DNA of 64,000 nt, from positions 2,790,001 to 2,854,000 of the forward strand of contig NC_043007.1 of the NCBI RefSeq assembly GCF_006345805.1, written 5' to 3'. The notes under the pieces are model-generated. The model was not told where the DNA came from. It was given only the letters and a program-made list of their open reading frames with translations, and did not search any database. Source of the DNA: Octopus sinensis. Its lineage: Eukaryota. The position numbers and the translations under genes are program-made. Positions 54,237 through 64,000 of the stretch are shown here, in pieces (the first letter of the stretch is position 1; every line of letters starts with the position of its first letter).

Positions 54237-54564
54237 ATGTATATAATTATGTGTGTGTATGTGTGGAATATTAAATCTTGCTTTATAAGCATTATCTGTC
54301 TCTAGAGGTTGTTCCACAACTGCCTTTCAACTGCGTGCGGCTAACATGCTATTAAGTAAACGGTCAGGCTCCTTGATAAGCAGATAATCGTTGATCCATG
54401 TTTCTACCCTCATAGTCATCATCAGCAGAACAAATGTCCTAGCCTGTATTCAGCAGCCAGAGCAGATAGACGTCTATTTAAACATTTAAAAAGAAAAGGA
54501 GAACTTATCTATGGCCTAGGTAAGCTGCATAAATTAAAGAAACCTAGGGTAGGAGAAATGACCC

Positions 54565-54735
54565 AGCTTAGCCAATGTTCTTGAGCAAGGCACTTTATTT
54601 CTCGTTGCTCCAGTCTAATCCAGTGTAAAAATGGGTTGTGACGTCACTGGTGCCAAGCTGCATTGGCGGCCGCTTTACCCTTGGGTAACATCAGTGTCGT
54701 TGACGGGGGAGGCTGGTATGCATGGGGAACAGGTT
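54565..54735 (+). mobile_element. Diverged SINE body (28977-related)
   Basis: ttcttgagcaaggcactttatttctcgttgctccagtc. Confidence 0.55.
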
Positions 54736-55012
54736 GTCTTTTTTTCCTCGGTCATTCACGCTTTTTTATTTTACAAATCAAACTCTATACTCCATACATT
54801 CCTGATGTATTATTCTCAAGTGGGCCTGTGTACATATTTAATATGAATATAACAAACTGCTATTATATACTCAATATTGAAATAATAATGTCCATTTGCC
54901 TTCCAGTTGCGCCCAGTATGCAGCAACAACCGCTTTGGAAATTACAGTTTGTCCATTATATATTGTGTCAATATAAAATATTGCACCCAAAATACATAAA
55001 TAGATCCTGATG

Positions 55013-55053
<41 letters not shown>

Positions 55054-55334
55054 GTATATGTGTGGGGGCCGTGTGTGTGTGTATAAAGGAAGTGTCTATA
55101 TATACATAAAGGAAAAGAAACTAGCTTTCGTGTATATCTTTCGTGCAACCCCTCTTGTACATTAAAGAGGAGACATCGAGGAACTACGGTATTGGTAGAA
55201 TATGGAAGGAATGAGAATTTTCAATGCCAGAAGAGACTTTTATCTGTCGCAATCAAATATGTGATGTATGGGAGTCGCATGGAATCTATCGCTTTAATAA
55301 AACGGTGATAATGGCGACGGTGATAGGGCAGTTG

Positions 55335-55421
55335 TCTATGATGATGATGGTGATGCCGAAGACGATGGTAATGACGGTGATGATGGTTGTAATGATGATG
55401 ACGGTGGTGGTAGTTATGATA

Positions 55422-55497
<76 letters not shown>

Positions 55498-55592
55498 GGT
55501 GGTGATTATGATGATGATGAGGAGGAGGAGGAAGAGAAGGATGGTGGTGATGGTGATGATGGTGATGAGGATGATGATGATGATGATGATGT
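55335..55592. repeat. Compound (GAT/GGT/GAG)n trinucleotide microsatellite
   Basis: Seen directly. Confidence 0.95.
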
Positions 55593-55926
55593 TAGTCCTC
55601 TTCAAAGTTAATGCTTCGCAAATTCATTATACACTAAAGCAATAACACAAGATATAAGTTGATTTCAGTTGATAGATCACGCGGGTCTCATATAAATATC
55701 GGACATATTTGACAGTTATTCTTCTATTGCAATGACATCTTACTAATAAGTAAATAAATATAGATATAGATATAGATACAAACCTATGGAATTGTTATAG
55801 ACAAGAGATGCGACATGAACGAGGTTATATAACTGATATTATATGAAGCTAATATATAGATAGAATACAACTATAAAACGGATTGAATAACCTGAATGTA
55901 GTATATATATATATACACACACATAC

Positions 55927-55977
<51 letters not shown>

Positions 55978-56064
55978 TATATCTATCTTTGTGTATATAT
56001 ATATACACATATATGTAAATTTTTATTTATCTTAGTGTATATATATGTATATATATGTATATAT

Positions 56065-56160
<96 letters not shown>

Positions 56161-56984
56161 TATATTAGTATTAGTGACAGGTTTATACATACATGTGTAT
56201 AATGAAAATGAAAACACATACGACGTTTCCAAATCCAATTTCCTTGTAATTAATAAGCACCAAGACACATTTAAGAAGATTTTGCCTCCGGATTACTTTA
56301 TGTCAAATCCAGAAAAAAAGAGTTGCCGTTAATTAATTACCAACATGTCTTTCAGAATTCCTAATATCATACCATATCATATTTTGCCTTTTTGTTAAAA
56401 GAGAAAGAAAATATTTCATCTCCACCAGACAACCCGGCTTAGAATAGAACGAAAACCAATAAACAAAAAATATATATATATTTTATTATTCCGATAAAAT
56501 ATATGTGAAAGATGGATTAAATATAGATTCCATTGAAGATGGAGGGATAGTTTATAAGTAATAAAATCCATGCTTCTTAGAGTTAGATTTTCAAAAATTA
56601 AGACAATTATGTCTCCATAAATTTCAGCCATATATCATAATTGCAGATTATGAGTAAGTAAAAGGAATTTCGAAGGTTTTTTTGCTTCACGATGAAAAAC
56701 GTAATACATTGAAAGTATTTTAAAGCCAGATTTACTATTTTTAGATATAGGCTTTATGTGCCATCAGAGGAAAACCAAGAGGACAGAAAAATAATATATG
56801 TAAAGGTTTCTTCCGTTTCATGCGACATCACTCCTATATCTGAAATGGTGAAGTTGTTATGTTTCGAAACAGACAGTGGCTATCATCCGAGCGTTTATAT
56901 TATTGCAAGTATATAAATCATCTACGTGTTCCGCATATTGATTTGTCTTTGTTTGACATCTGAGACCTCCGATAGACGCACGCT

Positions 56985-57086
<102 letters not shown>

Positions 57087-57676
57087 CACATACATGCACA
57101 CACAAACAAATAGTATAAAGCGTAGATAAACGAAAGTAATGATAAGGAATGTATTTATATGGAAAGTTGCGTATGTGCAAAAAATGAATGATTTAATAAA
57201 GATAAAATTTATTACATCATGCATATATTTTAATAAGCAGCATTCCATAGACTACAGTTCTTACACCTACTCTTGTTTATCTGCTATTTTACACTTCCAT
57301 ACCATCTTGTTAAAAATTATTCTTATATCTAAATTCCTAGCACGGAACTGTCTGACCAAAACGAAAGAATTGTATTTTAAGCTTCGTATCTATTATTGAC
57401 TTTTTAGCGTTTTTCGTCAATGTCCCTTTTTCTCACTCATCCCTGGATCCCAGCACACGTTTTCTCTCACCATTTTTTTTCGTCCACTCTCCTTTTTGCT
57501 TTTCAACAATGTCGAAAAGCGTAGGCCCAGAACAACAAAGCTTTTCCATTCAACCCGAGCGTCAAAATAATTCACCTGTTTTTTGTTCCCTCACCTGTCT
57601 TCGTCTTTGGTTTTCTGTAAATTTGAATTATACGTATGTATAGATACACAAATTTAAACACATACATACTATGTAC

Positions 57677-57722
<46 letters not shown>

Positions 57723-58109
57723 ATAATATTATATATATATATATATATAAGAAATTAAAAAGGAAAATACGCACACTTACATTGTTTTAATATAATTTTT
57801 AATATATCGACCTTTCGTTATCGGTATTCATGATATTATGTTTTACTTATTTGAATATGTATTATTTCTTAAGAAGAAATTTTGTACATGTTGGGTATGA
57901 TGTGATGAAATTCACGAGTGAATGACTTCACAAGTAGATAAAAAAGGAGAAGTAATTGGTTATCGTTATTGTTGTTATTGTTGTGGGTAAGGGAGATAAC
58001 TGTTCAGCTTTCGGTAATAGGAGGGGAATATATATGTACAAAGACAAGTTTCGAAAACCTTGTTTAGTGAGGGGATATATGTACAGTGATGTAATCGTGA
58101 ATTGAAATA

Positions 58110-58430
58110 TGTAAAACAATAAAAGTTGGTTATGCATGCATATTAAGACGTGTTCTGTATTTTTCAATGCAAAAAGTTTCTTTATTTAAACGTTCTTGTA
58201 AAGAGATTTTGTCTTTGCACTGGTAGAAAGGGGAGACTGTGAAATTCGGTTTGAAGTTACCTGCACATTTTTCTATATGTTCACTGAGAGGTATTTTTCT
58301 GTATTGCGGGAAACGGATTTGCTCTTTATGTAGAGTGGTTCTCTTTCTCAAGGCCATACTCGTGTCCGCAACCCGAGCAGGTTATTACATAAATTAGGTT
58401 CTCCGAGGCACAAGTGAAACTAGTTTTAAT
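58110..58430 (-). mobile_element. Second PLE family: GIY-YIG endonuclease fragment
   Basis: Minus strand KFTIKTSFTCASENLIYVITCSGCGHEY, then (frameshift, YIG motif lost) LRKRTTLHKEQIRFPQYRKIPLSEHIEKC..ERLNKETFCIEKYRTRLN. Confidence 0.7.
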
Positions 58431-59277
58431 TGTGAACTTCTATCCTTGTTTGAAAAGGAAACCGAGCCTTCAAACCGAGCTTTTCAAACAAGGTAGCACT
58501 AACGAGGCTACCTGGAAGATTGTAGAATGTTATATTTGCTAAAGTTGTTCAAAAGTGTTTAACATAACAGTCCATCAGATAAATGGACATAGGGCGCACT
58601 GCTTCTGGTCATGATGTTGGCATCATAACGCTTTTGTTCAATGCTTTCTATTTGGAGATAACCAAATAAGTGAGATCGACGAAATCTATGTCAGGAAGGT
58701 AAGAAATACTCAAAAAAAAAGAAAAACGAGAGAAACTGATATAGGGCTTGCTTATTTAGACTGAACAAACAATAGCTGTTTATATTTTTACCGGTTACTA
58801 CATCCGATACTGTTGTTGGAGCGACATTATTAGAGGAACTGCGCTTTTTTAAAGCAGCACGTTCACAACATAGCCATAGGCACGTGCAGTACATGGATTC
58901 CTGCATAACTATGAACATTACAAAAAGCCTTTCGGCGAATGCAGTAGTCAGTGACTAACAAGATAAAGCAGTATTGTAGGCTTTGGCTTCTGAAACTGGT
59001 TAACTCTAACAACTGTAGAATGTGTAAAAAAATATGCAATATCCTAAGGCGCTTCCCGAACAAACGCAGAAAACAAATTGAAAATGTTTACATAGCTTTT
59101 TTTTTACTTGAAATTTTATAACCAGTACCTCTGTAACGCTTTGAGTAAATCTTTAACTTAATAAAATCTGACTACGAGGTCGAATTAAAATTTAAGGATA
59201 GTACTGGAAAATAACAAAACACCATGTATAATAGTGGTTTCTGATCTCGCACAAGTCTCGGATTTTAACGGGCAGAG

Positions 59278-59588
59278 TTAGTCGATGGTACTGTTAATAC
59301 GATTTGGTATTTTTCTTTCCTTGAATTTGTCTTGTGGTACGACAATACTTGTCCTAATGCTACTGCTCACAACACTAAAGTCTTCCAGTAATTGTACATT
59401 TTGCTGAGAAAATGTTTTTGGCCTCCTCTCCGAGATGTCTGAAAAGCTGTTGATTTTCCACGGACCAAGAAGTGTAGGATGCAAGGAAACCATTGTCTGG
59501 CTTAATTTGGTTGAAGTGTAAGTCTTTTGTACTGGAATATATGTATTGGAGTATTGAAGATTTTCCTTCTGGTAATAATATACATTGC
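59278..59588 (-). CDS. Candidate terminal coding exon of an unidentified host gene
   Basis: Pyrimidine-rich tract and ttaAG acceptor at 59590-59589, with an in-frame stop at the boundary. Then 103 codons including the stop (NVYYYQKENLQYSNTYIPVQKTY..SERRPKTFSQQNVQLLEDF..INSTID*). No family recognised. Confidence 0.3.
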
Positions 59589-59791
59589 CTTAAGTCGAAT
59601 ATAAAGAATGGAACAGTAATAAATAATTGTAAATGATGAGGAAACAATAAAAAAATAATATTCCGTACAAGCATATGCTATGACGAAAATTGCATTATAC
59701 ACATGAATTTAGAACGAGATACAAAGAATAGGAAACCCCTTTGACATCATTAACCCTTTCTAGGGTTAATATGAGGCTGATCTTGTTAACC

Positions 59792-60291
59792 ACTCCGGAT
59801 ATATAAACTAACGGCAAGCTAAAAATAAATAATTTTAAAATAAATCAGTCTATTCACTGATTATCAAAATCAGAAATACTAAATTTCGAAATCTCTCGTA
59901 GAGACACGTACGGTCAGTGAATAGACTTCACTGAAATTTAGATATATACATTACGAGTCGAGACAGATATCATCAGCTGACCGGTGTCTGCTACTCTAGG
60001 CCGACGAAGGACAATCATCCTGAAACACGTGTCCCTAGATGCAGCCCGGGCAGCTGAGGGTATTTGTCTCCCCTTCGTAAATGTATATAAGGACACAGGA
60101 AAAATGTGTCAAAGCCATCAGGAGGCGTCGATTCTTCCTAGGGCTAAACAGCGGTGGTCTATTCACTGACCGTACGTGTCTCTACGAGAGATTTCGAAAT
60201 TTAGTATTTCTGATTTTGATAATCAGTGAATAGACTGATTTATTTTTAAATTATTTATTTTTAGCTTGCCGTTAGTTTATATATCCGGAGT
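59792..60291. mobile_element. Foldback with 135 bp arms (59792-59926 / 60157-60291) and a 230 bp spacer carrying a hammerhead
   Basis: actccggatatataaactaacggcaagc.. versus ..gcttgccgttagtttatatatccggagt. Partial extra arm copy at about 60352-60395. Confidence 0.85.
59995..60039 (+). ncRNA. Minimal type I hammerhead ribozyme, U4C variant, fully palindromic stem III
   Basis: tctagg CCGACGA agga-caatca-tcct GAA ACACGTGT C cctaga: 6 bp stem I, 4 bp stem II, 8 nt palindrome, GUC cleavage after 60033. Confidence 0.8.
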
Positions 60292-62085
60292 TTATATATA
60301 CTGTCACGTTCGTGTTAGATTGACAGTATACAATCATTCCATCGCCCCACCACCGTACATGTCTCTACGAGAGATTTAGAAATTTAGTATTTCTTACTAA
60401 CTCAAAAGCTTTTCGGAAAAGTCTAGAAAAGAAGTATTTTAATAGGAAAGAGTCTGATATTATCAAGTGTTGATTGCGCAGCGGCTGTAACTCATGTTGG
60501 TTGACCAAGATTGGGTTCCTTTGCGAGGTGAAAAAGATCAGCTGGAATAATGATATATAAGACAGGCATAAGGACAGAAAAGGTATGAGCTTAAAGAGAT
60601 GAGGAGAGACAGTCGTATAGAGTAGGAGAGAGGGAGAAATAGAGATAGAGAGAGAGAAAAATAAAAATGGAGAGAAGGGTTAGGAAAGGAAATTAAGAAG
60701 TGTAAAGGGACAGAAAATGCACAATCAACGAGCCAAATACAGAAGATTTCAATGGATGAATAGAACAATAAATGAATGATTCAATGAACCAAAGCAGGAA
60801 GGGGCGACCGCGACGAGCGGTGGGAAAGAAAGTAATGTCGTTCTTAAATTACCCGTGGTCGTCTGGAGCAGTATGGAAGAAATTATCTTCGTTCATGTAA
60901 ACAGGTAGTACGGATCTCGATTTCAAATTTATGTTTATCCATCCAGAAGAGGTTTTTAAGTGCTCGACTCTTGTCTTCTAATGATGATCTGTACCTGATG
61001 CTAGAATGAGGCTTGGATTTCTCTTATAACGTCTATTTGCTGCCATAGTCTGCTGCCTTCTCCTTTGACAGTCGTATGCGTTGACCCAGTGTAGTGATAT
61101 CTGTTTCGTAAACTCTCTAAGAGATTCGCTCAAGCATTTCCTAAAGGCGCCATCCGTCATTGTCATATGAATCAATTTTTGCTTCATGCATCGTTCAACG
61201 ACCCGGGTCTCACGTCTATCATATACCTAATGTCCTTTACGCAGCTATCATCACTGAAGTGGGCTTCTGCAGACATGTATTTATCAACCAGTTACTATAC
61301 CTCTCTATCTGTGTGTACTCATATACGTTTGAGCGTTTGTGTATATATAAATCTAAAATATTTCTATTAAATCAACTACAAGAATAACAACTGATGGTGA
61401 AACTCAATGCGTAAATTCAATCAAACTTGCCATAAAATTCGTTCTGACTCAGACTTAAAGTTCCAACTGATAGTTTATTCAACCAGTCAGGTTGAATAAT
61501 AATTCATGTGAAAATCAAAGTTCAACGCCAAATGAATTTTATAACTTTATACGCACACATATATTACACATATTATATCTATGTATATATATATATATAC
61601 GCACACACGCAGACAACAGACACACACACACACACACACACCACACACACACACACACACACCACACATATATAGTTGATGTAGTTGAAAAGGGGGTTAA
61701 GAATCCATACAAATCAAAAGTCATAGTTAAAAAAACAAAAACGGAAACAGCATGAAAGTATGTTTATAGATTGTTTTGTATTTGTTACCTTGAATATTAC
61801 CGTTTTTTATGTGAATGTCCATCAAATCAAATATTAAGAAATGAAAGTAGAAAAGTAGTGAATAAGAAAAATCGGGAATTAAAAACAAATTGTTCTCATA
61901 TTTTGTCTGTCATTTATGCACAAAATATGAGAACATACTTTCGTGTTGTTTCTAAATTATATGTATACATATATACATACATACTACATACATATATATA
62001 TATATATAATATAATATATATACTATATAATATTATATATAAACAGACAAACATATATATATATCTATATATAAACAGACAAATA

Positions 62086-62117
<32 letters not shown>

Positions 62118-62359
62118 CATATACATACAGACAAACACATATATATATATATACATACAAACATCTATATATATATATGTATACATATATAAATATATAT
62201 ATATACATGTACGTATATATATATATACATATATTTATATATGTACATAAATATGTATGTATACATAGATACATATATACATAAATATAAATATATATAT
62301 ATATATACACACCACATATATATATATATATATACATATATACATATATACAGACTGTC

Positions 62360-62700
62360 TCCATTGTTACTGCCGATGATAGGATATAATGTCGGAGTAG
62401 ATGGGGTTGGGTGTGTCCGGCTGTGGTCAATCAGATCGATTGCGGTCTGAACCAAGTCGGGCATTGGTGGTCTACCGAGACTGAATGCGAGGGGGGGGGG
62501 TTTCTGCATTTGCGCAGTTCACTTTTTCTTTGTGGCCCCTGCACATCTGTTCTGTCCGTAAGAGGTGCCACTTCTGTTGGTGCGGGTTCGATCGGCAGGC
62601 ATGCCTTGCGCTTGCGTTTCTCATTTGTCGGGATTTATCTAAAATGTCGATATTGAGACTTTGGGTATTCCCTTGAATTGCCTTATTCTGTTAATCTGCA
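62360..62700 (-). mobile_element. RTE-clade LINE ORF2 C-terminal relic
   Basis: F*INPDK*ETQAQG..SYGQNRCAGA..KK; [17 protein letters not shown], resembling the terminal C2H2-like motif of RTE/BovB-type elements. Confidence 0.7.
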
Positions 62701-64000
62701 TGCGCTTGTCTCCAGCCAGTTCGATGTAATACAGTCGTGTGTCCGGCATTCAAACAACGTATGTATATTTGTATGTACGTGTCCCGAATACACACATATA
62801 TGCATACCTATATACACACACGGACACCCTCACACCCCCACACACCCAACACAGATTGTCCTATATGCGAGCGTTATAAACAGAGTAATTGTATATAACT
62901 TAATTGCACACACATAAGCGTACACATGTATGTATATGCCTATATGTGTACATACGAATATAGATTCATATTTATAACCATGTGTGTATCTGTGTATATC
63001 TACATATATATATAATACGTATGTGTTTATCTATCCATGTATACATGATGTACATACATACGCATTTATGCACCTAGACACTCACATACACACACCTACA
63101 GTTATATGCATTTATACATACGCTCATTCTACCAACATATTTTTGCTATAATCCAAGATTAATCACATAAATCATATTCAGAATACACAACGAGACGCAT
63201 ATACGATCTGACTTTCTGTAATGCGATAATTTCATATTATTCAAAATATCTACAATTGGCTCCGCTATGTCCACGCTGTGCTTGTACAAGAATGTTAGTC
63301 TTGGTCAAAGGCTCCTTTCATCTTCGGCTTAATTTGGTCATTTGTATAAGATAGATCGCGTGGCTGTAACAATAGAAGTCTCTATTCTTTCTCATTAATC
63401 AGTCCTAATAAGAACGGCAGACATGCGTCCGCACACCAACATAATACGTTCACAAACGCCATCATATATATACAAGCAACTAAAAATGTATATTTCTAGG
63501 AATAAGATGACGTTTTAGATTTAAGATTTCAGATATCTAAAGTTCTTAAATTAGCTCTTCTTTTCCATCAGTAATTATATTAATTAGATGAAAACTCAAT
63601 AACAGAGGACAGAATTAGGATAGAAATATCAAATAGAACTCTAATGTAATTATAATATACAAGACTAAATATAGTATCATGGAATTACTATGGAGTAGTT
63701 ACTATTGTTAGAGGAAAACACAAGGAGATTAACAAAGAAAAAAAAACGTCCGTAAGATTCAAAACTTATTCTTAATTCTTCATTTTCGTTCGTTAAGGAT
63801 TTAATTGCAATTGTAGAGGGCTTATCTGCAACATGTGCTTGTCTTTAATGCGGTGCTTACTTGCACTATGTGCTATTTACAGGGCTTTTCTGTTATATGG
63901 ATTTTATATTTTATACATAAAGTTCACAAAGACTGAATTGATTCTTGTACCTGCGCCTTCAATTTTATTGACCAATGAGAAATAAACTACAGCGAGGAGT

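Overview
Eukaryotic, very AT-rich, microsatellite-dense DNA. The SINE families and repeat landscape look cephalopod (Octopus-like); this is an inference, not a search result. I can support no host protein-coding gene; there is one candidate terminal exon at 59278-59588 (-). Most ORFs in the track are translations of (TA)n, (CA)n or triplet repeats. The window holds many tRNA-derived SINEs and relics of Tc1, DD37D/maT, pogo/Tigger, R4/Dong, RTE and CR1-like elements, plus a 1.4 kb tandem duplication. The main signal is a Penelope-like retroelement (PLE) system. A 5.5 kb head-to-head foldback (142-5666) of a Naiad-type PLE (RT plus C-terminal GIY-YIG) has arms that complement each other's frameshifts. 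Minimal type I hammerhead ribozymes sit at the PLE ends, several with a U4>C core variant. About ten foldback insertions occur, most of them in (TA)n. Three insertions of the same family share one asymmetry: one arm carries a ~70 nt 3' tail and the other stops at the same AATAA(AG)|TA junction. All alignments and folds were done by eye; coordinates are approximate to a few bases unless stated.
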